From Octopus vulgaris (Eukaryota): a stretch of DNA of 64,000 bases. The notes below the pieces were generated by a model, which made no database searches, was not told the origin of the DNA, and saw nothing but the letters and a program-made list of their open reading frames with translations. The position numbers and the translations under genes are program-made. Positions 40,695 through 53,448 of the stretch are shown here, piece by piece (positions within the stretch are counted from its first letter, which is position 1; each line of letters begins with the position of its first letter). The stretch spans positions 99,014,001 through 99,078,000 of the forward strand of contig OX597815.1 of NCBI GenBank assembly GCA_951406725.2. Reading direction: 5' to 3'.

Positions 40695-41985
40695 CGAGGG
40701 GCGTTCAATAAGTAATGCCTCTGACCCACTTGCATTTGTTTGATCTAGCTGAAATTTTGCATGTGCAATTATTTATATCTTACTATAGAGTAGTGGCAAA
40801 TTACATCTCTGAACTAATTGTGGTTTCCGATTTACAGGTGTTTGAACTGAGTCAAGTGTGAAATGGAGCATGTTGAGTGTCGAGCAGTGATCCGGTTTTT
40901 GTATTTGAAAGGACGCACACCACGGGAGACTTTTGATGAAATGAAAGTAACTTATGGTGATGATGCCCCATCATATGACCTTGTAAAACGCTGGCATCGT
41001 GAATTCAAACATGAACGGAAATCTGTGGAAACAGCTCCCAGATCTGGTCGCCCCCTTCTGCCATTGATGAGGCATCTGTCTGTCAAGTTGAGGCTGCCAT
41101 TTTGGAAGGTCGACGCATAACTATTCGCCAAATAGCTCATGAGGTCAAGATTAGTACCGGGCCTGTGGAAACTATCCTTCATGACCATTTGCATATGCAA
41201 AAGGTGTCTGCCAGATGGATTCCCAGGTTGCTCACACCTTTCCAGAAGCAAGAACGCGTCGATTGCTCGAGGATGAATTTGGAGATGTGCCAAGAAGATG
41301 AGTCAACATTTTTCAAAAGACTGATTGCATAGGATAAAACCTGGGTCCATCACTATGATTCAGAGACCAAACCCGAGTCAATGCAGTGGAAGCACCGGGA
41401 CTCACCTCCTCCAAAGAAGGCAAGGGTGCAGCCCTCCGCTGGCAAGGTCATGCTTACAGTCTTCTGGGACCAGGACGGAGTAGTGAAGACAGATTTCCTG
41501 GCAAAGGGTGCCACAATTACAGGAGTCTATTATGCTTCACTTTTGAGGAAATTAAGAGAAGCTATCAAAATCAAGAGGCGGGGCAAGATCAGCAAAGGCA
41601 TCCTCCCCCTGCAGGACAACGCTCCGATCCACAACTCGCGTGTCACCAGATCAGAAGCACAGGCGTGCGGCTATGAACTCATCCCCCATCCCCCTACTCT
41701 CCTGACCTTGGACCCTCTGATTTTCACCTCTTCCAGCCATGAAGTTGTTTTTGAAAGGAAAGCGTTTCCCAGATGATGCAGCCTTGATTTCTGAAGTCAC
41801 GTCGTGGTTGGAGGACCAAGCTAGAGTCTTCTACAAAAACGGTCTCCAGAGCTGCATCAAACGATGGGAGAAATGCGTAACTCTGAGTGGTTCCTATGTC
41901 GAAAAAGACTAATAACTGTTCCAAGTTTCGTTGCTCTACTTCTATGGGAAGTGGGTCAGGGGCATTACTTATTGAACGCCCCTCG
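40695..41985 (+). mobile_element. Full-length mariner (DD34D, irritans-like) element, 1291 bp
   Basis: 37-bp TIRs with one mismatch (cgaggggcgttcaataagtaatgcc[t/c]ctgacccactt), with TA at 40693-94 and 41986-87. Confidence 0.97.
40863..41912 (+). pseudogene. Mariner transposase pseudogene
   Basis: MEHVECRAVIRFL..., RSGRP, WIPRLL, IA*DKTW, QDNAPIH, YSPDLGPSDF and RWEKC...GSYVEKD*. Frameshifts near 41055 and 41695-41740; stop at 41330. Confidence 0.95.
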
Positions 41986-42079
41986 TACCAACACCCACAC
42001 AAAGCGCTTGTGTCGAATTTACAAGTGCCTCAAGGCATGATCCCTGAGTTTTCTATATCGGATACAAAAATCTGGACCT

Positions 42080-42300
42080 CATCACATGAGAAATTTGTGA
42101 TCCATTCTATTTTCACAATTGGTGCTACCTTATTCAAAATTATTCCGAAGGAAATCAAGGAAAGACAACAACCTCATTCAAAGGGTGCTGGTATTTCTAA
42201 AAGAAATACCAGTCAAACCACATACACCTAGATATATTAAAATAAACAACAAGACCCAACGTAAGTGGGCTGTGAAATCCAAAAACAAACTAAAGAGCAT
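42080..42300 (+). mobile_element. CR1/L2-type LINE 3' ORF fragment
   Basis: HSIFTIGATLFKIIPKEIK / VFLKEIPVKPHTPRY...KWA resembles the G..LFN.LP..I. / FL..IPD.P..PGY C-terminus. Confidence 0.6.
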
Positions 42301-42418
42301 GGCAGGGGACTTTAATAACTTACACACGGCTTAAGTCAGTCATGGTTAGGGACTAAGTTATTTAAGATAAATATACGCGTGTGTATGTGTGAGTGTGTGT
42401 ATGCGCATTGTCTGTATG

Positions 42419-42461
<43 letters not shown>

Positions 42462-42474
42462 GGGTGTGTGTGTT

Positions 42475-42525
<51 letters not shown>

Positions 42526-42741
42526 GGGTGTGTGTTTGTATATAAGTTTTTTATTTTTCAATCACTTTCGGAATTACAACAATTAGTGGCTTGGAGTTTA
42601 ACTGCTCTTTCTAGTGAGTCAGATATCCTATTCTTTGGGTATCTCTTTTGTGTTTGAATGTACACTGTATTTTTATCGAAATATATATATATATATTGTA
42701 TGCATGTATGCATGTACATGCACACGTATATATATATATAT

Positions 42742-42910
42742 AGTGAGAATTTACAAAAAACAAAAGCCGAAACGAGTGTGTAAACAACAAACAGACGTAT
42801 TAGTTCAACGCTCGGGAAGTGAGAAAGTCTTTTACGTTTCGAGCCTAGGCTCTTCAACAGAAAGGAACACAGAAATAAACAAGGAGAGAAAATAGGAAGA
42901 GGTTTAGTGA
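42742..42910 (-). mobile_element. ~170-bp TA-flanked non-coding element carrying a minimal hammerhead
   Basis: Bounded by TA-rich microsatellite; pyrimidine-rich on the minus strand; shares its layout with 33594-33790. Confidence 0.6.
42829..42864 (-). ncRNA. Minimal type I hammerhead-like motif, A6U core variant
   Basis: Minus strand: CTTT-CTGTTGA-A-GAGCC-ta-GGCTC-GAAA-CG-TA-AAAG. Stems I and II pair perfectly; stem III is reduced to the palindrome ACGT. Confidence 0.65.
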
Positions 42911-43390
42911 TATATGTATGCATTTATGTATGTATGTATATATGTATGTATGTGTGTATGTATGTGTGTATGTATGTATGTATGTATGTATGTATGCATG
43001 TATGTATACATGCAGGTAGGTATTTCTTTGTTAGAAATGCTGAATATTTGCGATGGCGTATCAATCACATTCTTACTTTGTGCTCATAGCACTTACAGCA
43101 TTTCACTAACAATCCTAGGCTCACACACACACACACACACACACATACACACACACACCACACTATACACCACACACACGCACACACACACACATGCCGA
43201 CTCAAATCCCACATAGACATATATAAACACACTTACCATCACTCACACATAAAATACCATAAAACAACACAAACAACAAAATAAATTTATAATAAACTCC
43301 GGAAAATTTTCGTCTACGATTATGGCACGATTCATTTTTTTCTTCATCTTAAATTTTAATGCCAATTTTTTTTTCATATCCTACAGATCT

Positions 43391-43637
<247 letters not shown>

Positions 43638-44080
43638 TAATAGTACAGCATTCAGTGGATGTTATTTATATATTCGACTGTCTTCCCCAAGTCAAACAGT
43701 ATTTCTTGGAAAGAAATGCTGTTTTACTGCTGTGTACTTATGTCGTTTCGTAGAAAATGTCTGAAATGATTTAAGCTTCTTTTCTATTTATCATAGTGAA
43801 TAAGAAGACAGAAAAATAACGTTCTTCAGGAAGTCACGATCTCTCGTTCTGACTATAAGAAAGAATTCCGGTGACAATAAAACACTTACTTTCAATAGAG
43901 GAAACTACTTCAAACAAAAACATCAAGTTTATTTGCCGTTTGCCGATAACACCCTCGAAAACCGAGTTTATTCACATACATGTATACATTCTCTAAGTCA
44001 GATATACGTGTATCCACATATACATGCATATATATTCATATACACTCATACATTTATACATATATGTACATATATCAGTA

Positions 44081-44121
<41 letters not shown>

Positions 44122-44187
44122 GTATGTATACATGTATGAATGTGTATATATATGTTTGTATATATATATATATATACATACATATAA

Positions 44188-44250
<63 letters not shown>

Positions 44251-44264
44251 CATATAAATATACA

Positions 44265-44328
<64 letters not shown>

Positions 44329-44521
44329 GTGAGAAAGAGAGACACTTATAGATAAATAGATCTTCATAGATATATATATCTTTACAATTACGCATATATA
44401 CACATCTTTACATCTGTACGTACACACTAACGTATGTTTACGTGCGTATTTCTCTGTACATAAATATATCTATATATATTCATGTTTATGTGTATTTATG
44501 CAGGCATAGATGCACTTACGT

Positions 44522-44557
<36 letters not shown>

Positions 44558-44559
44558 AT

Positions 44560-44608
<49 letters not shown>

Positions 44609-45343
44609 CATACATACATACATACATAAACATACATACATACATACATATATATGTACACATATATTTGTATATTAATATACATACATGTATGTTTATA
44701 TATATAAACACAAACATAAATACGTATATATGCATACACACATATATACAGACGTATACATATGTATGTATGTATTTATGAATATAGGGAGGCATACAGA
44801 CATAAAGATAAAATGCACAGAGTTTATATGGGGACCATCGAATATGTCTAAGTAAAAATAAGCTTGTTGACGGAGGAAACGGCATGGGTTAATATCTGAT
44901 ACAGTGAAGGGATTCAAAACCTGTTTAATTTTTGCATGTCGTTTTGTTGTTATTTTCTTGAGTCTGCTTCGTTATTTTCAGGATTCTTATTCCGTGTATA
45001 TTGGTGCATAAGCAATCTGCATGCTCATGTCTGTAGTTTTGTGGTTGTTGTTTGTACTTTACACGCTTTTACTTGAAGACAAAGGAAAAAAATATTAAGC
45101 GCCCGTAGTGATTGAAAAATATTTTAATGGCAAAGAGAGTGAAAACATTTTATTTACTTTGAGACGCATGTTTAAGAAAATTGCTTCAATTTGACGTTTT
45201 TATGGCGTGAAAACATAAACTAAACCTCATGTATGCATATATGCTTACTTAACCTACCTATATATATATATATGGTTATGTGTGCATAAGTGTGTGAGTG
45301 TGTTTATACATACATTTATATATGCATATATATATATATGTAT

Positions 45344-45406
<63 letters not shown>

Positions 45407-45495
45407 ATGGGTGTTGGAGAACCTGTTTTAACAAGATTATGTATGGATGAATGGATAAATGAACGTATGAATATATATGTACGCATATATGTAAA

Positions 45496-45546
<51 letters not shown>

Positions 45547-45601
45547 ATGTGTGTATGTATGTATGTATGTATGTATGTATGTATGTGTATATGTATATAT
45601 A

Positions 45602-45951
45602 GTGGAGGCGCAATGGCCCAGTGGTTAGGACAGCGGACTCGCAGTTTCGATTTCCAAGGGCCTTGTGAATGTTTAGTGAGCGAAAACACCTAAATCTTCA
45701 CGAGGCTCTGGCAGGGGTCGTGGCGAACCTTTGTGTATTCTTTTACCATAACTTTCTCTCACTCTTTCTTCCCGTTTCTGTATTTCAAAGAACCAGCCTT
45801 GTCACAGTCTGTGTCACGCTGAATCTCCCCGAGATCTACGCTAGAGGTTCACGTGTGGAGTGCCCAGCCACTTGCACATTAATTTTATCAGCAGGCTGAT
45901 CCGTTGATCGGATCAACTGGATCCCGCGTCGTCGTAACCGACGGAGTGCCA
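45602..45951 (+). mobile_element. tRNA-derived SINE, head B + tail X
   Basis: 5' ~170 bp matches 26635-26465 (reverse); 3' ~170 bp matches 12570-12747. Confidence 0.85.
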
Positions 45952-45956
45952 CGATG

Positions 45957-46063
<107 letters not shown>

Positions 46064-46064
46064 C

Positions 46065-46099
<35 letters not shown>

Positions 46100-46218
46100 G
46101 TAGATAGATAGATAGATAGATATATAGATATAATGTATGTATATGCACATTTCAGTCCAAATACATGCTTGTGTGTGTATAGATATGCATATATAAGCAT
46201 GTATGTTTATGATCACAT

Positions 46219-46344
46219 GGCCTGCTCGCTTAGCCAGCGGGGTGGCGTCATTCGAAGGCTAAAACAATGCGAACGCTTTGTGACCAGCGATGTGTAACAA
46301 CATCTGATGGTCTGGTCAGTCACGTGATCACGTGTGATCACGTG
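46219..46344 (+). mobile_element. 5'-truncated SINE (tail Y only) with 16-bp TSD
   Basis: Matches 26346-26458 (reverse). atgtttatgatcacat occurs at 46203-46218 and 46345-46360. Confidence 0.9.
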
Positions 46345-46587
46345 ATGTTTATGATCACATACACATGTGTGTATATGAGTTTGTATTTCTAAGTATGTGT
46401 GTGCGTATGTGTTTTGAGGAAAGATTGCTCATATAGGCAATATGTGTGTGTATGTGAAAAATTGTAAAACTTCGTTGACTAAGAGGAAAGGATATATACT
46501 TCGTTTGTACTGCCTTTGAATTAATGATTTGCATGTCTTATAAATTTCAACTATAGACGTTAATATATATATATCTGCATAACATTA

Positions 46588-46656
<69 letters not shown>

Positions 46657-46900
46657 TTTGCATATGTATACGTTTGTGTGGGCGAATCTGTTTGAATGTG
46701 TGGGTCAACATCATCTCATTTTGATTTGCGATCACTTCGACACATGACTAGGGGTACAACTTACACCTGTTCAGGCAACGTCGGTTTCATGAAGGTCGCG
46801 AGCCAATTTACAGCACATACATTTGTTCATTATAAACATATTCGTGCAAGTCGTTCAACAAAAGCTGAACACTCATACGTCGTCTTTGACGGGAGAGTCC

Positions 46901-47079
<179 letters not shown>

Positions 47080-47214
47080 CACACACACATACATAAATAT
47101 TTGTGTGTGTGTAGTCGAATGAATCGATCTCAGTACTTATTTTGGATTCTATTTTTAAGCCTAGTATCGCTAAGTTAACACATCAACATATGATGTAAAC
47201 ACACCGACACAGAT

Positions 47215-47240
<26 letters not shown>

Positions 47241-47246
<6 letters not shown>

Positions 47247-47508
47247 TGCCGGATAAGAAAAGAAACGGAGTAACAATTAATTATTAGAAGTTGATCATTG
47301 GTATTAAATGATCATAGTTTAATTGTAGTTAAATTAACATTTACAGCTGTTTCAGTTTGTGTTTTGAGGTAAATTTGCCTAAACAAAATAACAATCTGAA
47401 ACAGCTGTAAATGCTATTTTAACTACAATTAAACTATGACCATTTAATACCAATGAGCAACTTCTAATTGTTAATTGTTGCTCCATTTCTTTTCTTATCT
47501 CAATATAT
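47241..47508. repeat. ~270-bp palindrome (arms ~115-120 bp)
   Basis: gataagaaaagaaacggagtaacaattaa...ttacagctgtttcag pairs with ctgaaacagctgtaa...ttaattgttgctccatttcttttcttatc. Confidence 0.95.
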
Positions 47509-47638
47509 TAAACTACGGTTTACCATTTTAATTACCAACTACTGTTTACCTTATATCTAGACCTCTACATGGTTAGGTAATAAAACAGTAGTGCCTACAG
47601 ATATCCCTTTGACATTTGCATAACCTCTAACTCATAAT

Positions 47639-47680
<42 letters not shown>

Positions 47681-47723
47681 TAGCGTCTTGGGCAAGTGTC
47701 TTCTAATATAGGCACAGGTCAGC

Positions 47724-47767
<44 letters not shown>

Positions 47768-47769
<2 letters not shown>

Positions 47770-47928
47770 TGGGCTTCTTTCAGTTTCACTCTAGCAAAGT
47801 CACTCACAAGGTTTTGGCTGACCCGTGCCTACATTAGAAGACACTTGCCCAAGACGCTACGCAGTGGAACTGAACCCGAAAACTTGTTGGGATGTAAACT
47901 TCATACCGCACAGACAACCTTTTGCCTA
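47768..47928 (-). mobile_element. SINE family 1, 5' half, with an inverted partial duplicate at 47678-47728
   Basis: gggcttctttcagttt...agaagacacttgcccaag...actgaacccg...gccta. Confidence 0.85.
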
Positions 47929-48868
47929 TAAATATATATATGAAGGACATTCTGTATAGGTAATTAGGATAAATCCCAGTTGTTTCCTCTTGAAGCACAT
48001 CTGCTTATTCCATTATTACAATCCAATATGTTGTCCTAATTGCTGTTGTATTTTTGTTCAAAATACATATTAACATTGAGAATTATTGAAATATTATATG
48101 CAGAGATAGTGTTTAACAAAACAGGTAATGGAAATTTTTTGGGAATTATCTATTCACCATTACAACATTACTACGCCTAAAGCAACTGGCATTCATAACT
48201 GTAAAAATCAAATCATGGGTGCATGATTAGGCGCTGGTCAACTGAAACAAATATTTTTGTCACTAGATTTCAATCGATTTTAGAGGATAATCTTTCCAGA
48301 GATTAATCGCAACACTTATATTATTTTCACTAACTTAATCCACAATAATAATCTAATCACTCTCGAATCTGTCACAACGAGCATTTAGACACCATCAACA
48401 TTGTACAGGATAATAGTGGAGGAGCAGTAGTGGACAAAGAAACAAAGTATTAAGATACAAGAGAATCATTTGTGATCATTGTTTTAAACAAAGTAAATAA
48501 TCTCCCAACAAAACAAAGCTTTAGCTTTAGGATATTTTCCAGTTTGGCAAGGCAATGTTAAATAATGTCTCTAATTCATTTTTAAAGAGAAGCCACTTGT
48601 TTTCTTTTTAAATCACTACCACCCGTAAATATTTTATAAATTTACTCTTTCTATGTATCCAGGCTTTGGACTGTGGTTATGATGAAAGACAGCCTTGAAG
48701 AGATGTAATCGAGGACACTCACCGCCATTTCTTATTTTACATCGTTAGTTATTTTACTCATATCTAATTGTTGAATCGCTATGTTACAGCTTTTGCACAA
48801 CACCAGTTTTTAACACAGGAAAAGCATAAACGCTGACATACATACAGCCCACATACACGTACATAAAG

Positions 48869-48943
<75 letters not shown>

Positions 48944-48967
48944 ACGTGTACGTGTGTGTGTATTTAT

Positions 48968-50077
48968 TAGGGTTGCGGAATTTAACGATTAATTAATCGA
49001 TTAATTGTTCATTTATTTCAACGATTAAATGTTTATTAATCGGTTTCAAATTTAATTTTATACCTATCATTAACAAATGTACCGGAAGTCGGGAAGCCAT
49101 AAGTAACAACAGTAAAATGGCGGCGGAGAAGAATCGAGTTATGAAATATAAATCTATATCAGCTCGATTGCATGAACATTTTGGATTTAAATTGTTGGCT
49201 GACGGTAATATCAAAATACTGATAACGTTTATTGCATCCATTGCGACAAATCGTTCACATACCTTCGATCTAACAAATCGCATACTTACCACTTTCAAAA
49301 CAAACACTCGTTACTCGAAACCTCACCTAGCAAAGTAAGCTTCATTTAGTCAGTCTACAGCGGCGGTGTCATTTACCTCCAAGATTACTTTGAATCAGTT
49401 TTATCTTCGGTCTGATCATCTGGTGAGTGCTACCGTACAACGTGACATTTAAACATCACTTGCACACTGGAAAGCTAATAGTGGTAGGCCAATATCGACA
49501 GTAAATGACGGTTTTCATCAAGTATTGCGTACAGCACTTCAAAATACCGAATTTAACTACCTTGCCGGCACACTATTGATAAAATTTTGGCTGATATTTA
49601 TAACAGCAAAAGAGAAAGTGTTAAAGAAGCAGTGAAAAATTCAAAGGCAATTGCGCTAACATCTGATTTTTTGACCTCCCTAAGTAATGAAAGTTATTGC
49701 AGAATCACCAGTCATTGGATTGCTGACGACTGGAAATTAATAAGTGCTATACCTGAGTGTGTGCATGTTGTTGAACGTCACTATTCTAACAATGTTGCTG
49801 TGTTATATAAGCAATTTGTAAAAGACTGGGATATAACAAAGAAGATTCAGGTTTTGGTAACAGACAATGTCCGAAATTTGGTTTTAGCTGTTAATCAAAT
49901 TGATTTTACTCATTTTCCGTGTTTGGCTCATAGCTTTAGTTGAGCGTATTGCATGGATTTAAAACCGCAGATACAGAAACATTGTTTGTTAAATGTCGAA
50001 AAATCATAGGACATTTTAAACATAGCCCTATCGACACACCTGAATTGCAGAATTGTAGTGATTCACCATTGCGTAAG
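48968..50077 (+). mobile_element. hAT (Ac/ZBED1-like) DNA transposon, 5' half, inactive
   Basis: TAGGGTTG terminus with subterminal cgatta repeats. BED finger VYCIHCDKSFTY...YHFQNKH, then GRPISTVND, IALTSDFLTS, LVTDNVRN and PCLAH; truncated at the inverted SINE pair. Confidence 0.9.
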
Positions 50078-50376
50078 GCCATTCTAGAATACTGCCTTCA
50101 AGAATTTTTAGTCGAATGTATCGCCCCAAGTACTTACTTTTAAAAATCCCGGTTCTTATTCTATCGGGGACTTTTGCTGAACTGCATATATATATATGTG
50201 TGTGTGTGTATGTGTGTGTGTGTGTGTGTATAGCGGTTCGGCAAAAGTCACCGATAGAATAAGAACCGGGCTTTTAAAAAGTAAATACTTGGGTCGATAC
50301 ATTCGACTAAAAATTCTTCAAGGCAGCTTTCTAGAATGGCTTCAGTCTAATGAGCGAAACAAATAAAAGATAAAAG
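50078..50376. repeat. Inverted pair of SINE family 1 3' segments (arms 50078-50185 and 50233-50340) around a TA/TG spacer
   Basis: The arms are near reverse complements of each other. Confidence 0.9.
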
Positions 50377-50893
50377 TTATATACATGTATGTGCACGCGC
50401 GCTTTTGTGTGTGCGTGTATGTGCGCGTGTGTACGGGTGTTTGTGTGTGTGTGTGTGTTTGTGTGAATGTATGTGTATGTAATGCAAACGCACCTACATA
50501 TGTACAGTGTTAAATTTTAGTAAATGGCTATTTTTGTAGTAAACGAGGAAGTAACAGTAAGTTTGATTAATACTTTTGAAAAATTTTAGCTGACCGTGGA
50601 TTCGTCACAAATCGTCACAAATGAGATCAAAATAAGAGCGTTTTAAGTAGAAAAGATTAGAATTAATCCCTCCCTATTTATTGTTACGTTTGTCCCCAAT
50701 GTCACCTTTAGACGATTAAAGTTTATTTTTCCACTGCATGAATTAATACAATGTTCTAATTTATTGATTTCAACGAGAGGAAGCTACTGTCCTTATTGCT
50801 GCTGTTGTTATTGCTGCTGTTGTTACAGCTGCTACTGCTGTTGCTGCTGTTTCTCATCATGAAGCTAACGATGATGATGATGACGTGGATATT

Positions 50894-51119
50894 TTTTTTT
50901 ATTGCCCACAAGGGGCTAAACATAGAGGGGACAAACAAGGACAGACAAAAGGATTAATTCGATTACATCGACCCCTGTGCCTATCTGGTACTTAATTTAT
51001 CGATCCCGGTAGGATGAAAGGTAAAGTCGACCTCGGCTGAATTTGAACTCAGAACGTAGAGACAGACGAAATACCAATAAGCATTTCGCCCAGCGTGCTA
51101 ACGTTTCTGCCAGCTCGCC
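50894..51119 (-). mobile_element. SINE family 3, full length, with TSD
   Basis: Reverse match to 13095-13325; (c)gtggatatt at 50884-50893 and 51119-51128. Confidence 0.9.
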
Positions 51120-51184
51120 GTGGATATTAGTGGTGGACGTGGTTATGATGATTAAAACGCTAATAATGATAATAATGGTTTGAA

Positions 51185-51587
51185 ATGTTGGCCCAATGCC
51201 GACAATTTCAGGAGAGAAGAATAGCTGATTACATCGACCCCAGTGCTAGGCTGCCACATATTTTATCGACACCGAGAAGATGAAGTTCAAAGTCGATTTC
51301 GGCGAAATCTGAACAGAGACCGTAAGCGACGGAAGTAATGTCGCTGAGCATTTCATCCGACGTGTTACTGATTTTGCCATCTTGCCGCTTATGGATAATA
51401 ACAAAAACAACCACAATAGCAATTTCGGGGGATGAGGTAAGTCGGCCTCAGTACTCAACTGGTACTTGTTTTATCTACTCCGAAAGATTAAACGCAAAGT
51501 GGAACACGGAGATATTTGAACTGACGCCGTAAGAGACGGAAGAAATGATACTATGCTTTTTTTTTCCAATTCTGCCATCTTGCCACC

Positions 51588-51588
<1 letters not shown>
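51185..51588 (-). mobile_element. Two further decayed SINE family 3 copies in tandem
   Basis: gattacatcgaccccagt...agtcgatttcggcgaaatctgaac and cagtactcaactggtac...atttgaactga...tctgccatcttgccacctt. Confidence 0.75.
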
Positions 51589-51663
<75 letters not shown>

Positions 51664-51682
51664 CAACAATAATAATAATAAT

Positions 51683-53075
51683 TCCTTATTACAGACTGTA
51701 AGACTCTTCAGCAAATATATAGGCTTGGAATTTGCCAAAGATAAGTGTCCAATATTAGTCATGAAATGAGGACAGCTAGTCAACAGTTAAAGAATCCAAT
51801 TACCAGACATTAAAATCATTGAAAGGAGGAGAGAGTTATACGTATCTAGGAGTATAAGAAGCTGACAGAGTACCAACTATAGAAATGAAAGTGAAAATTG
51901 AGTACATCAGAAGGGTAAGGAAGCTAAAGAAGTCAAAGTTAAATGGTCTGAATCTAGGCTATAAATACTTGAGCAGTATCATTACTTAGACAGTCAGCAG
52001 CGTTTTAGATTGGACAAAAACTGAATTAGCAAAGCTAGACAGAAGGACTAGGAAAGAATTTAATATAAATGGAGGACTCCACTCAAGGGCAAGAGCAGCA
52101 ACATTATACCTACCTAGAAAGGAAGGCGGAAGAGGATTAATATCAGTAGAATGCTGCGTAAAGTTAGCTAGAGTAGATACAGACTCCAATAGTGTAGAAA
52201 GTTTATTAAAAGCTGCGAGAGTCACAGCAAGACATAGGGAAAACAAAAACCCAAACGAAGAGAAAAAAACAGAAACTATCTGACTAGATGGAGAAGGCGT
52301 TGCATGGTAGATTGCCAAAGATGTTTGCAGCAAATAGTAGTGAGATATGGGTATGGCTGCAGAAAGGAAATCTGAAATGGGAGACAGAAAAAAGGCTAAT
52401 TGGACAAAAGTCAAGATAGACAAAAACCAAGTGATTCCCAGTGTAGGCTATGCAAATCAAAAGAGGAGGGTTTTACTTATATAGTAAGTGAATGTAGCAT
52501 GCTGGCACAAAAAGAATTCAAGAAAAGATTTGACAACCTAGGGACAGTAATCCACTGGGAGTTATGTAGAAAGCTGGGTTTTGAACAGACTGATAAATGA
52601 GATGAGCATGAACCTAGTAAAGTACTATAAAGTAAGAAATATAAGATGTTGTGGGACTTTAACATTCAGACTGACAGAGTAATAAAAGCCAGAAGGCCTG
52701 ATTTAGTAGTTGTAGATAGAGAGAATAGAAAGTGCCAGATAACTGACTTTACAGTCCCAAATAATGAAAAAAAATCAATATGGGAGGCATATGAAAAATA
52801 GCAACGTACCAGGACCTAGGCACTGAATTACAGAGGCTATGGAAAGTGCAGGTAAAATGAATTCCTGTAGTTATAGGTGCATTGGGAACTATCCCTAAAG
52901 ATTTGAACAGATGAATAGAGGAAATAGGCATGAAACCTAGTTTAGTACAGCTCCGAAACACGTTGTTAATAGGAACAGTTAGGATACTTAGGAGGGTTCT
53001 TGGCATTTAAGGTTACTTGGTGTAGGCCGACGCTACCATCAAGGAGCTTGACCCACAAGAAAATTAAAATACTTG
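51683..53075 (+). mobile_element. 5'-truncated R4/Dong-clade non-LTR retrotransposon (RT end, CCHC finger, restriction-like endonuclease)
   Basis: FSKYIGLEFAKDKC, YLG, LYLPRKEGGRGL, CRLCKSKEE...IVSEC, IHWELC, LWDFNIQTD...ARRPDLVVVD, YQDL..EL.RLW, IPVVIGALG and RILRRVLGI* (stop 53008-10); many stops. Confidence 0.9.
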
Positions 53076-53089
53076 GCGATAAACGAAGG

Positions 53090-53330
53090 AGATGGTATAC
53101 AACATGCAGTTGTCAAATATAGTTTTAACATCATTAGCTAGTATCTTAGAGAGCCCCAACGCCTGGACAGGAAGACAGTTTGTCTCTTAGGTGTAGCAAG
53201 GATTATCATGAAGATTTTAAGCACTTGAAAGACTGCTGAAAATTTGTGGATACCTAAGATTTCAGTTACTAACCCGCTATCCATATAATTCCTACCAGGA
53301 ATAAGAGCGAACTTGATCCAAACCAAAGTA
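53090..53330 (+). mobile_element. Second, divergent R4/Dong-like 3' fragment
   Basis: KTVCLLGVARIIMKILST* parallels the first element's terminus, followed by a 3'UTR running into (AAT)n. Confidence 0.55.
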
Positions 53331-53351
53331 ATATTAATGATAATAATAATA

Positions 53352-53448
<97 letters not shown>

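Noticed and set aside
49587-49943. Domesticated ZBED1-like host gene
   Set aside because: Frameshifts, stops, a transposon terminus and truncation mark it as a dead hAT copy.
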